Virus record (IMG/VR): IMGVR_UViG_2585427779_000013 | Span: 1 to 52,997 of that record | Length of the DNA stretch: 52,997 nucleotides | Direction: 5' to 3' (one strand) | Origin: a virus | Taxonomy: Duplodnaviria; Heunggongvirae; Uroviricota; Caudoviricetes | In this document: piece by piece, positions 1 to 8,695 of the stretch | How positions within the stretch are numbered: position 1 is the first letter of the stretch | Layout: the number at the start of each line of letters is the position of its first letter | Notes under the pieces: model-generated | What the model was told of the DNA's origin: nothing | What the model saw: the letters and a program-made list of their open reading frames with translations, nothing else | The model's database searches: none | Made by a program: the position numbers and the translations under genes

Positions 1-231
1 TTATGTATTATCTTTGGCTGACGTTAAACCAATCTGATCAAAGAACTGCATTACGTCCTGATAGCGGTACATAACGCCACGACCGTTACCAAGTACATCA
101 ACCGGGTCGGGGAACGGAGTTCCGTTCCGTTCCCATTTTTTACGCCATAAATAAAATGTTCCCCTGCTAATTCCACCAAGCATCCGGCAGATGGCAGGGC
201 GACTAAGAAGGATTGTCCCTGTTTTATCCAT
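1..231 (-). CDS. AlpA/Vis-like phage transcriptional regulator or excisionase-like protein (76 aa)
   Basis: Small basic protein with HTH-like segment (RGTFYLWRKKWERNGTPFP) typical of AlpA family; stop codon at 1-3; sits at the end of the minus-strand early arm where xis/alpA usually lies. Confidence 0.55.
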   Translation of the reverse strand: MDKTGTILLSRPAICRMLGGISRGTFYLWRKKWERNGTPFPDPVDVLGNGRGVMYRYQDVMQFFDQIGLTSAKDNT

Positions 232-884
232 TATTTACCTCCCGTGTACTCAACGTGTCCGATACATCCATCAATAATAGCTTGCGCCATATTGCGATAA
301 TCGCACGTAAATTCACTGTCACGGCTAAAGTCAATCTCTTTTGCCGCGTCTTCACCCATTACCTTAGTGGCAAGTGCAAACGCGATTTCAGCGAGCGCCT
401 TTTCTTTCGGATCAATATGAACTCGATACGAGTATTGTTTCCATGCAATCGGCGTCTCAATACCATTCTCTAACTTACTGTGAGCAATAGACCACTTATC
501 GCCAATGTAGAAAAACTTAACCACATCAATCACTCTGTCACTTGCTAATCCGATGCAATCAAGCCACACGCCAATCGGAGGCTTTTCTCCTGCCGACCAT
601 TCCGTTTTTTCTTGTTGCGTTTCGCAATCATGGCGCTCATCTTCGATCAGTTCATCAATAATTTCGCTTTCTTTGTTCATACCGTCATCATCCTTTTCAG
701 AGTAACGCACAAAGCGCCACGTATTAGCCATCAGCGTATAAGATTCACCGCCTACCTTAGATCCGGCGTAATACTCCGTCCCAAAATCGTAATAACTTGA
801 AAACGTGGTTACTTCAAAAGGCTGAATATCACCACGGAAGCGGTGGAACATTGCGCCTATTGCAAAAGGGGTTTTCTTCGTCAT
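231..884 (-). CDS. hypothetical phage protein (217 aa)
   Basis: Long ORF, acidic central region, tightly packed between neighbouring genes (stop/start spacing 1 nt with upstream ORF). Confidence 0.5.
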   Translation of the reverse strand: MTKKTPFAIGAMFHRFRGDIQPFEVTTFSSYYDFGTEYYAGSKVGGESYTLMANTWRFVRYSEKDDDGMNKESEIIDELIEDERHDCETQQEKTEWSAGEKPPIGVWLDCIGLASDRVIDVVKFFYIGDKWSIAHSKLENGIETPIAWKQYSYRVHIDPKEKALAEIAFALATKVMGEDAAKEIDFSRDSEFTCDYRNMAQAIIDGCIGHVEYTGGK

Positions 885-885
885 A

Positions 886-1047
886 TTACGCCACCGTTAC
901 ATTGTCAACCTTAATGTAATATTCAGGGTTGTTTTCTATTTCAGATTTAAACTTAGAAAAACATTCCCGCCATTCATGGGCTTGATTATTGAAGTAGTAC
1001 ACCGTATGGCGTTCTATTTTGTACAAAATCCCCGTTGATTTAGCCAT
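886..1047 (-). CDS. small hypothetical protein (54 aa, MAKSTGILYKIERH...)
   Basis: ATG-initiated ORF not in the six-frame track (<60 aa); stop lies 1 nt before start of the 231-884 gene; contains the perfect palindrome TTTTGTACAAAA at 1017-1028. Confidence 0.35.
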   Translation of the reverse strand: MAKSTGILYKIERHTVYYFNNQAHEWRECFSKFKSEIENNPEYYIKVDNVTVA

Positions 1048-1061
1048 GTAATAACTAACCA

Positions 1062-1493
1062 TCATTGCCCCCAGCGTTTTATAAATTCCTCGTTTAATTT
1101 CGTATCACCCGACCATTGAACATCATGTTCAGCACCGAACGAGTAGATCAATTCGATTAGTTCGCTGAATTCTGATTTACTCATTCGACTTGTAGACGTT
1201 CCCAATACAACGAAGCCTGATTTATCTAGGTTAGGGACTACGCCATATTTCTTAAGTCCGGCAGTGAATACCGCTTTCCAGTCTTCCGGCGACAGCTTTT
1301 TACCGTACCAATTAACCTGATCGCTAATGTCGGTTAACAGCGCCCAAAGCAACGCATTTTGACTTAGCGAGCGGGTTTTCTCCTGGATGGTAATTATCAG
1401 CGGGCTTTTGCTATCAGGCTGGATCTCTCTTATCTGCCTGATAGCATTTTCTTTCACGGCGTCGTTTACTATCTCAAATCTAATTTGCCTCAT
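1062..1493 (-). CDS. ninB: NinB/Orf-family recombination protein
   Basis: 143 aa; SQNALLWALL motif and overall similarity to lambda NinB by recall. Confidence 0.75.
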   Translation of the reverse strand: MRQIRFEIVNDAVKENAIRQIREIQPDSKSPLIITIQEKTRSLSQNALLWALLTDISDQVNWYGKKLSPEDWKAVFTAGLKKYGVVPNLDKSGFVVLGTSTSRMSKSEFSELIELIYSFGAEHDVQWSGDTKLNEEFIKRWGQ

Positions 1494-1687
1494 AATACAC
1501 CGTTGCTATTTTTCCATTGTGCCCGTGCGTACATGATCGCCCGCAAAGAAATTAGGCGCGAGCTTGTCATAAAAGCGCTTTTTAAGTACCTCATATCAAC
1601 AACAACAGGCTTATCAGGATCATCGCCGCGCATGTATTCAGCAATAGTGCTTAAATCCTCCACGGTCAATTCTAAATCCTTGTCCAT
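1490..1687 (-). CDS. hypothetical protein (65 aa)
   Basis: ORF with 4-nt overlap (ATGA) onto ninB start, consistent with operon coupling. Confidence 0.45.
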   Translation of the reverse strand: MDKDLELTVEDLSTIAEYMRGDDPDKPVVVDMRYLKSAFMTSSRLISLRAIMYARAQWKNSNGVL

Positions 1688-1696
1688 AATTCCCCC

Positions 1697-1903
1697 TTAC
1701 ACAATCCGCATTGTGTTTCGCAATTCCCCACGCAGCGCCCGCAATGCATCGTGCATTGGCACAAAAACCCGGTTAAATTTTACGTGTTTATATTTCCGCA
1801 TCAGTGGCGGTGTATACACCTTTGCGTCGTATACTTCCCACGGATAATAAACGCGCGTATCGTCGACAAACGTTTCAACTGAATAAAAGATTACCCGTCT
1901 CAT
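1697..1903 (-). CDS. hypothetical protein (68 aa)
   Basis: ORF in the nin-like region, overlaps upstream gene end by 4 nt. Confidence 0.45.
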   Translation of the reverse strand: MRRVIFYSVETFVDDTRVYYPWEVYDAKVYTPPLMRKYKHVKFNRVFVPMHDALRALRGELRNTMRIV

Positions 1904-2457
1904 AATTCTAACCCCGTTTCACCGTTAAGTTTTTCGATCTCAAATACTGGTTTATCCGGTAACAGGCCGTTATTTTTCCGGTATTCATTCAGGCGGCTGT
2001 CAAAATCAAACGCGAGATCATTAGCGTGACCAAAGCGCCCAGGTTTAAACAGTGAGTAAAAGTTAAGGCCGTGTTTATTGGTGTCTATGCAAAGCGTTTC
2101 ATCAAGTACCATTAAACGCAGCGTGCGCGACAGGTAATTCCACGGGATACCAGTTTCCGCGCTAATGTCACGCATACGCTTCTTAACGCTGTAGTCACTA
2201 AATAACGCCGCCACACGATCACGACGTTGTGCATACAAATATTTAATTCGATACCCCAATAATCTGCGGCGCGGTCCGAAATATGTATATACACGCTCGA
2301 CAATACCAGTATCAATCAAGTGTTTAATTGTCTCAGGCAAACATCCGGCTTCGTCATATTCCGCTGATAATCCGGTTTTCTGGCGTAGCTGGTGCATTGT
2401 TGCGATGCCGTCCAGTTCAAGGATATTGATAACTTTTGTTTCAAGTTCAATGCTCAT
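1900..2457 (-). CDS. hypothetical protein with N-terminal winged-helix-like segment (185 aa)
   Basis: Track ORF 1900-2493 uses a GTG; ATG at 2457 (MSIELETK...) has a GAGG RBS 10 nt upstream. Confidence 0.5.
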   Translation of the reverse strand: MSIELETKVINILELDGIATMHQLRQKTGLSAEYDEAGCLPETIKHLIDTGIVERVYTYFGPRRRLLGYRIKYLYAQRRDRVAALFSDYSVKKRMRDISAETGIPWNYLSRTLRLMVLDETLCIDTNKHGLNFYSLFKPGRFGHANDLAFDFDSRLNEYRKNNGLLPDKPVFEIEKLNGETGLEL

Positions 2458-2536
2458 TGTTTTTCGCCTCGTTTTAAGCGCGAAAACAGCCACCAGAAAG
2501 AGATCAACTTTCCGGTAAGCCGTTTGCTCAAGTTAA

Positions 2537-3958
2537 TTAAAAGGATGCGTTATTCTGGTTATTTCGTGGGGAGAATCGGCTTGCTGCCGGACGTTGTTGC
2601 ATTGACTGGATGCAGGCGGACGCCGCGCGAGCCTGGTCGCATGGAATGATGTTGCCGTTATCGTCAAACCGCTGGTAAACAGTCCCCGTTTTCCCGTGAC
2701 GGTTTTTTGAAACAATGATCTCCATGTATTCGCGGGCAACTGATTGTTCGTTGTAGTAGCCGTCGCGGTAGACCATGATGATCCGGTCTGCGTCTTGTTC
2801 AAGATTACCGGAATCACGCAGATCAGAATTGTTCGGGCGCTTGTTCGGTCGTTCTTCAACGCGGCGGGATAATTGCGCCAGCGCCGCCACTGGCACGCGC
2901 AACTCTTTCGCCATCATTTTCAATGACCACGACAATTGCCCTACGGCGAGATCATGACGTTCGGCCTTAGCCAGCTTCATTAACCCGATGTAGTCAATCA
3001 TCACCATTCCAAGATTAGGATGGTCCTGTTTCATCCGTTCGACGGTGGCGCGTATTTCCTCGACCGTTAACTGAGATGCGTCAACAATCCACACATCGAG
3101 ATCGGCAAGGGCACTCATTCCTTGTGCGACGTGCGCCCAACCTTCGTCATCCAGTTTTACCGGATTACGTAGGCAATCCGTTGATAAGTTCCCAGCGCCA
3201 GCGATAGCACGTTCAGTCATCTGATCGAGCGACATCTCAAGCGTGAACAGCAAAACGCCGACCCGCTGACCTTCGCCGCCAGGGTATGGACGTTCAGCCG
3301 CCGCGCGGGCAATTGCCAACGCCAACGCCGATTTACCAGACCCCGGGCGTCCGGCGATAAGCACCAGATCAGTAGCGTTAATGCCGCCTAACATTTCGTC
3401 GAGTGGGTCAATCCCTGTTTTGATGTTGTCAGAGTTCACGCCACACTCCATGCGTTTACTTAGCACTTCCGTGTATTCCTGGACCGCATCGCGCAACAGC
3501 ACCGGGATAATTTGATCTTTTGTTACCTTTAATTTTGAATACCGGGAATCAAAATCTTTCATCGTCTCTTTGACGACTTCAAGCGTCCCTGTTTCCAGTT
3601 TGTAGCGCATATCGTCGATGAGTTCCAACATCTGCCGACGCTGGTGCTCTTCACGTAGTAGCTGTGCGTATCCCTTCAGGTTGGCAGCAGAAGGGCACGA
3701 TCGCGCCGTTTGCATTAGCGGCACAAAGTTTTCATTACCAATCTCATCACCAACCAGTAACGCGTCGATGAGATTTCTGTTTCTGGCTTGCGCACGGATA
3801 ATTTCAAAAGCCCGCTTATATAGCGGAATAGTGAATACTTCAGGATCTAGAGTAGCGAGAACGTCTTGCGCGTTAGGAGTAAGCCCACCTAACAGCAGGC
3901 CACCGATAACCGCAGATTCTCTTTCTTGCCGCAATGAGTTTACTTGTTCGGTTATCAT
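2537..3958 (-). CDS. dnaB: DnaB-family replicative DNA helicase
   Basis: 473 aa; Walker A GRPGSGKSALALAIA, DnaB-like N-terminal domain and RecA-fold C-terminal motifs; GGAGG RBS upstream. Confidence 0.9.
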   Translation of the reverse strand: MITEQVNSLRQERESAVIGGLLLGGLTPNAQDVLATLDPEVFTIPLYKRAFEIIRAQARNRNLIDALLVGDEIGNENFVPLMQTARSCPSAANLKGYAQLLREEHQRRQMLELIDDMRYKLETGTLEVVKETMKDFDSRYSKLKVTKDQIIPVLLRDAVQEYTEVLSKRMECGVNSDNIKTGIDPLDEMLGGINATDLVLIAGRPGSGKSALALAIARAAAERPYPGGEGQRVGVLLFTLEMSLDQMTERAIAGAGNLSTDCLRNPVKLDDEGWAHVAQGMSALADLDVWIVDASQLTVEEIRATVERMKQDHPNLGMVMIDYIGLMKLAKAERHDLAVGQLSWSLKMMAKELRVPVAALAQLSRRVEERPNKRPNNSDLRDSGNLEQDADRIIMVYRDGYYNEQSVAREYMEIIVSKNRHGKTGTVYQRFDDNGNIIPCDQARAASACIQSMQQRPAASRFSPRNNQNNASF

Positions 3959-3976
3959 TATGGCATCGCCTCCGGT

Positions 3977-5095
3977 TTACAAAATGGAATATTCAGGGTA
4001 ATAAACAAAGCGCCCGATTTCTCCATGATCCGGGCTGTAAATAATCACCGCTGCCAGCCGCCGCGACCGCCAACCACCATTCGTTGAATAAGCGTCTTTG
4101 CCAGCTAACGTGCCGTGATACTCAACAACGCCTAACGATGACTCAATCAGCCGTTGATGATGCCAGTGCCCGCAATGAGCGTAAACCGCCGCAGACTTGC
4201 CGAAATCCTCACGCCAGTCAGATACGCAAGCAGACAATAAATTTTCCGGCTTTTTGATAGTGTGCCCGTGGTGGTAAGCAAGGAATGTTTTGCCGTACTG
4301 TGTGTGGTGGACGATAGCAGGGGACACATCAACCGTCACGCGCGGTTCATCTTCGTAAAAAGCCGCCAGCGCCGCGCGTAGCCAAATCATGCCTGACTGA
4401 TCGTGATTGCCTGATAACACCTGGATTTCAACATCCTTATGATTTAGTAACATCTTCCCGACCGCACGCCGGACCGACCGGATCGCCACGTAAACCAGTT
4501 TTGCGTAGCGTGAATCGCAATCCAGGACGTGATTGCTTGATGGCGTCACTGGTAACAGGCCGTCAGTATGAAGCACATCACCGCCGAGAAGTAAAACAGC
4601 CTTTTCAGACATTGGCGCAGCGCCTACCGCGTAGTCGAAGAAATCATTTAGCACACGTTCAGCGATCCCGGTGTCGTAGCTTTCGCCGCATTCAGCTTTA
4701 TGAGCAAGCGCCCCGATATGTAGATCGAATACCGGATAAAGGGCCAGGCTTTTTTGGAAATCAATTTCCGGCACTGGCACGGCCTCCGCGCGTGGCATAT
4801 CTTCCGTGAAAGCATCGCAAGCCGCTTGCATTAGCCTTTCCATTTCATCGCGATCACGGGCTGTTTTAATCCAGCGCATAATCACATTGCCATCCTTATC
4901 GACGAGCAAAGACTCACCATTGATGCCAAAACCAGGCGCGCGACGCGTGGATATTAAACCGCGCTTTGCCAATCGTGCGCCCAGCCGTTCGACGTTGCGT
5001 TTTGCCATGCCGTACTTTTCAGCGATCTGTTTATATGTCAGGCCGCTGTTATGTTCAGCGATTAGTTGTTCATCGCTGATCTTTCTTTGTGACAT
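3977..5095 (-). CDS. HTH domain fused to calcineurin-like metallophosphoesterase (372 aa)
   Basis: N-terminal HTH (LTYKQIAEKYGMAKRNVERL); C-terminal motifs GDVLH, GNHD, HHGH, HCGHWHH typical of metallophosphoesterases; occupies the helicase-loader position between initiator and DnaB. Confidence 0.7.
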   Translation of the reverse strand: MSQRKISDEQLIAEHNSGLTYKQIAEKYGMAKRNVERLGARLAKRGLISTRRAPGFGINGESLLVDKDGNVIMRWIKTARDRDEMERLMQAACDAFTEDMPRAEAVPVPEIDFQKSLALYPVFDLHIGALAHKAECGESYDTGIAERVLNDFFDYAVGAAPMSEKAVLLLGGDVLHTDGLLPVTPSSNHVLDCDSRYAKLVYVAIRSVRRAVGKMLLNHKDVEIQVLSGNHDQSGMIWLRAALAAFYEDEPRVTVDVSPAIVHHTQYGKTFLAYHHGHTIKKPENLLSACVSDWREDFGKSAAVYAHCGHWHHQRLIESSLGVVEYHGTLAGKDAYSTNGGWRSRRLAAVIIYSPDHGEIGRFVYYPEYSIL

Positions 5096-5256
5096 AACGT
5101 TACTTCCTCATGTTTACAGAATGTATATTTATTTTCCGTAAAACGCGCTACAACGCAAAATTCCACCGCGTAACCCATTTGTAAGGGTGCAGTGTCTTTT
5201 TTGCGCCAGAGGCGCTATCAGGTGGCTAATTTTCGATTTACAGACTGGTAGGTAGG

Positions 5257-5358
5257 TTATGGATTAACGAGAAGGTACAAACCGCCGAACAAAGCGACGT
5301 TAACAGCGATTACCGCAGCGATGGCAAAAGCCAGGGCGAAAACGTGTTTACCGTCCAT
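5257..5358 (-). CDS. small hydrophobic peptide (33 aa, MDGKHVFALAFAIAAVIAVNVALFGGLYLLVNP)
   Basis: ATG ORF with AGAGGA RBS 7 nt upstream; single predicted TM helix; not in ORF track (<60 aa). Confidence 0.3.
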   Translation of the reverse strand: MDGKHVFALAFAIAAVIAVNVALFGGLYLLVNP

Positions 5359-5490
5359 TTTAAAATCCTCTCTGTAACGCTCTATAACGAGCTAATCGCA
5401 AAAGGTAAGCAAGTGTAGCCCCATATGCGATTTAGCTCGCTGGTGAGGTTGTTTTGTGGGTAATTTTGGATTTTTGCGGATCGTGGTTGG

Positions 5491-6543
5491 TCAAAGAACG
5501 CCAGCGCGTGTATCACGTAGCGTTTTTGGTTTAAGCAGGAAATCAAGTGTCGCAGTAAAGCCATTGCCGAAGTAAAAATCTGAAGCCGTGTTTTTGAACG
5601 TTTCGAAGTAGGCGACAAAGCCGTTAATGCTTTTGTCTTTCAGGTAGTCAGTGAACGCATAGATCTTGCGTTCAAGATCCCGATCCAGTTCGGCAGGTGG
5701 TAACAGGCCGTCAAACGTGCTGTTAAATGCTTCCACCACGTCGGCAGCGTTTACAGTAGCTGATAGCTTGCGCCATTGTTCAGCATCAGCCAAATACCCA
5801 TCAAACTTAGTTACCCGGCAAATGTTGATAGGCTTAGGTGTTCCGCCACGGCTACGCCATTGCGTTAAAGCCCACTCAATCACTAATGTGATCTCATCCT
5901 CCGTATACGCTTTACGTGTTTTTGTTTCTGTCAGTAGTTCTACGAATGGCTTAGCGTCACGACATTTGCATCCTGCCTTGTCGTTGTAGAAGGCAAGGCA
6001 ACGCAATGCCGCTTCGTTTACGCCATCCTGATTGACCATTTTTTGTTCATTTTCGACAATACACGAAGTGTATATATCTTTTTCTCTTTCTTTTTCTACT
6101 TCTAATTCTAATTCATGACCCTTTCCTGACCCGGTCATGACCCTATCATGACCTTTTTGTGTTGGATTGATTAACTTTTCTAATTTTAATTGCTCCTTCG
6201 CTGTGTTTATGGCGGCCCTGTAAGCGCTTTTAGAAGTCATTGATTGGTCCAGCCTTTTCAATAACTTTAAACAAGTTATGTGGCCTTGAGAACATTCAAA
6301 CAAACCAATTTCGATGAAGTATTTCATCATTTCTTCTATACGTTTTTCAGTAGATCCGACGTTTCGCGCAATTATTCTTGCGTCATGTCGTAGGTCAAAA
6401 GTTAGATTGTGCTGATCTACGTCATAAGTTATTAGTTCTAGGCAATACCAATAAAGCCCGTACCCTTCCAGGCCATAATCTAATAAAACGTTTTGAAGTT
6501 TTTCATCGCGGTTCGCATCGCTATCATGCTTAAACCACTTCAT
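5491..6543 (-). CDS. phage replication initiation protein (O-like replisome organizer)
   Basis: 350 aa; N-terminus MKWFKHDSDANRDEKL is the hallmark of phage replisome-organizer N-domains by recall; lies immediately upstream of helicase module. Confidence 0.75.
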   Translation of the reverse strand: MKWFKHDSDANRDEKLQNVLLDYGLEGYGLYWYCLELITYDVDQHNLTFDLRHDARIIARNVGSTEKRIEEMMKYFIEIGLFECSQGHITCLKLLKRLDQSMTSKSAYRAAINTAKEQLKLEKLINPTQKGHDRVMTGSGKGHELELEVEKEREKDIYTSCIVENEQKMVNQDGVNEAALRCLAFYNDKAGCKCRDAKPFVELLTETKTRKAYTEDEITLVIEWALTQWRSRGGTPKPINICRVTKFDGYLADAEQWRKLSATVNAADVVEAFNSTFDGLLPPAELDRDLERKIYAFTDYLKDKSINGFVAYFETFKNTASDFYFGNGFTATLDFLLKPKTLRDTRAGVL

Positions 6544-6546
6544 AGA

Positions 6547-6801
6547 TCATTCCTCCGGCAATGCAATGTCATAAATGTCGCCGTATTCGTCAGCGCGTTT
6601 AATGAATCCTTTGCGGATCAATGAATTTAATGCGTCAACAGCAGTATGCAGTGGCAGTTCGCACACTTTTGCGATCTCTTCGCGTGAAGCATGTGCGCGG
6701 CCTTTGTTGTCTGCCTTTTCTGCAAACGCAATTAAGACAAGTTTTTGGATCGGGCTGTTAAGTTTTACGTTCCATGCTTCATTCATCATGTGCATACTCA
6801 T
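6547..6801 (-). CDS. winged-helix/HTH DNA-binding protein in Cro/CII position (84 aa)
   Basis: HTH segment ASREEIAKVCELPLHTAVDALNSLIRKGFI; first gene of minus-strand operon divergent from repressor; GGAGA RBS. Confidence 0.65.
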   Translation of the reverse strand: MSMHMMNEAWNVKLNSPIQKLVLIAFAEKADNKGRAHASREEIAKVCELPLHTAVDALNSLIRKGFIKRADEYGDIYDIALPEE

Positions 6802-7107
6802 CTTGTTTTTCTCCTATGGTTAGAGTGAACGCGCGGGCGGGCATCCCATTAGCATTAGATAGCAGTGACTGACCGCTCAACAGATCCCGCCGTTGCGTGA
6901 TATTTGTTTTTCGCTTCGCAGCGACACCGGATTTTTAAAGAGCTTAAGGTAAGTGCCTTTTTGTGCCTTCCGTTATCTTTTTCCTTGCGTCTTTGCAAGT
7001 ATGGCCTTACCTTGTCTGCAAGTTTACAAAATGGAATTTTAAGATCAAGGCTTAAAATACACGTTTTGTGACTTGCATCAAACTTTTTGAGGTTATAGGG
7101 TAGCGAC
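6802..7107. promoter_or_regulatory. divergent immunity-region control region (candidate PR/PRM-like promoters and operators)
   Basis: 306-bp non-coding gap between divergent repressor and Cro-position gene; repeated half-site TGCAAGT at 6994-7000 and 7017-7023 and inverted as ACTTGCA at 7071-7077; inverted repeat AAGGTAAG/CTTACCTT; motif TTTACAAAATGG at 7023-7034. Confidence 0.5.
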
Positions 7108-7755
7108 ATGAAAACAAAATGGTATGACTTAGCAAAGCAGCTCATGCGGGCGCAGGGCATGAGTCAGGATTCACTCGCAGATCTCATGGGGATAACTAAA
7201 GGCGGCCTGTCACACTGGCTTAACGGTCGCCGCGAGCCAAATCTTGAAGATATTGCGCGGATTATGCGGGCGCTTGGGCGTCGTCAGTTCACTGTTACAC
7301 ATGATGGTATGGTCATTGATGATTCTGTTTCTAATACACTTCAGGCCGCACCGCCGCGTGATTTAGGTAGTTACCCGGTTATTGACTGGAAGGACACAGT
7401 AAACAATATGGATGACACAAGGCGATCAGCATTACCACACGTTACGACTAGCGTTATTTGTTCAGATGATAGTTACTGGCTGGTTGCCAAAGGTGAATCA
7501 ATGAACGCGCCGCAGGGGTTAAGCATCCCGGCGGGGACGATGATACTTGTTGACCCGCACGCGCCAGCTATTGACGGCAAACTGGTTATAGCCCAGCTTG
7601 AGGAAGGGCAGATACCGACGTTTAAACAGTTGATTATTGATGGAGGTCAAAGGCTTTTACGTTCGCTGAATCCGCTGTATCCGCCAATCCCTATGAATCC
7701 AGAATCAAAAATTATAGGCGTGGTGGTTGATGCGAAGATCGTAACCCTGCCATAA
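7108..7755 (+). CDS. CI-like phage repressor (HTH plus LexA/S24 peptidase domain)
   Basis: 215 aa; N-terminal XRE-type HTH; C-terminal S24 autoproteolysis motifs (AKGESM serine, TFKQL lysine). Confidence 0.85.
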   Translation: MKTKWYDLAKQLMRAQGMSQDSLADLMGITKGGLSHWLNGRREPNLEDIARIMRALGRRQFTVTHDGMVIDDSVSNTLQAAPPRDLGSYPVIDWKDTVNNMDDTRRSALPHVTTSVICSDDSYWLVAKGESMNAPQGLSIPAGTMILVDPHAPAIDGKLVIAQLEEGQIPTFKQLIIDGGQRLLRSLNPLYPPIPMNPESKIIGVVVDAKIVTLP

Positions 7756-7760
7756 ACATT

Positions 7761-7786
7761 AGCCGCCGAATGGCGGCTTTTCTTTG
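7761..7786 (+). terminator. rho-independent terminator after repressor gene
   Basis: Hairpin AGCCGCC-GAAT-GGCGGCT followed by TTTTCTTTG. Confidence 0.6.
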
Positions 7787-7878
7787 CCTGGAAAACACCA
7801 AAACGTAAACAGAAAACGTTATTTATTATTTAAATATCAATGGTATATAAAATATTATAAAAAAGTATACAAAATGGA

Positions 7879-7907
7879 TTGACTCGGTGTTTTACGGGGC
7901 GTATATT
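7879..7907 (+). promoter_or_regulatory. candidate sigma70 promoter (PL-like)
   Basis: TTGACT (7879-7884), 17-bp spacer, TATATT (7902-7907); motif TATACAAAATGG ends 2 bp upstream of the -35. Confidence 0.45.
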
Positions 7908-8255
7908 GCGAATCAAAGGAAGGGCGCAGGTAACAAAAGCAACTTCCTGGCACTTTAAAAATCAGGCTTAACACCTTGTCAACCGTGGAGTAACTCCCCG
8001 ATGGGGGACCGAAAGCGGCACTGATAACAAGGCGCATGGGGTGTTTAAAGCGTTACATCCCCCACGAAACCGCACGCAAGGCGACGAGTCAGCTTGCTTG
8101 GAGTGAGCAAGGTCACGCCGGGAACGGCGATGATTGCGGGATTAGTTGAAAGATGTTAAGCCGCTCATTAACAATCTGGTCAGCCGCTGGAAGTGCGGCA
8201 ATTAACGAAGATGATTTTTTATTAAGTATCATCAAGGATATACGGAGATCAGATT

Positions 8256-8546
8256 ATGAGCGTTACAATTATATATGGTAAATGTGATAGCAAAATGAAT
8301 GCCAGGGAACGCAGAAGGATAAAAAGAGAAAACGAAAGAAAATCATCACCTGCAATCAATAAAACAGACAATGTGGATAAAGCTATTCGATTTGCAAACG
8401 AGGAAAGATGCAAACCAAATAGCATTAAAGAACGTCGCAAAGGATCAGTAAAATGGTATACGGAAAATGAAAGCGGCAGCTACTACCACGCAACGCAACC
8501 ACGCCATTTAGGGGAAAAACCCCTAGATAAAGTCCGCTATCATTAA
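8256..8546 (+). CDS. putative N-like antitermination protein (arginine-rich motif)
   Basis: 96 aa; segment MNARERRRIKRENERK resembles the ARM of lambda N (MDAQTRRRERRAEKQ) by recall; GGAG RBS before 8256; alternative start at ATG 8295 would place the ARM at the N-terminus. Confidence 0.45.
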   Translation: MSVTIIYGKCDSKMNARERRRIKRENERKSSPAINKTDNVDKAIRFANEERCKPNSIKERRKGSVKWYTENESGSYYHATQPRHLGEKPLDKVRYH

Positions 8547-8695
8547 TACAAAATGTAAACATCCGGAGATGACATTATGGTTATTCAGGCGCTTCAATTC
8601 AAACTGGCAGTAGCGGAAATGCTTCACGATGCCGAAATGTGGAGCGCCGCGAATAAAGCCTTATACATAGTGTTAACAGCGAAGGAGGCTAGTTA

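Noticed and set aside
2533-2859. 108-aa minus-strand ORF overlapping the 3' part of the DnaB helicase gene
   Set aside because: Lies in an alternative frame entirely within a well-supported helicase CDS; low-complexity Thr/Ala-rich translation; likely frame artefact.
5382-5618. 78-aa minus-strand ORF overlapping the 3' end of the replication initiator gene
   Set aside because: Different frame overlapping a supported CDS; no independent signals.
6855-7160. 101-aa minus-strand ORF spanning the repressor/Cro intergenic region and the repressor start
   Set aside because: Runs through the divergent promoter/operator region and overlaps the cI start; no RBS; composition looks non-coding.
7855-8037. 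60-aa minus-strand ORF in the leader region downstream of the repressor
   Set aside because: No RBS, Ser/Pro-rich, sits antisense to the candidate PL leader; region better explained as non-coding.
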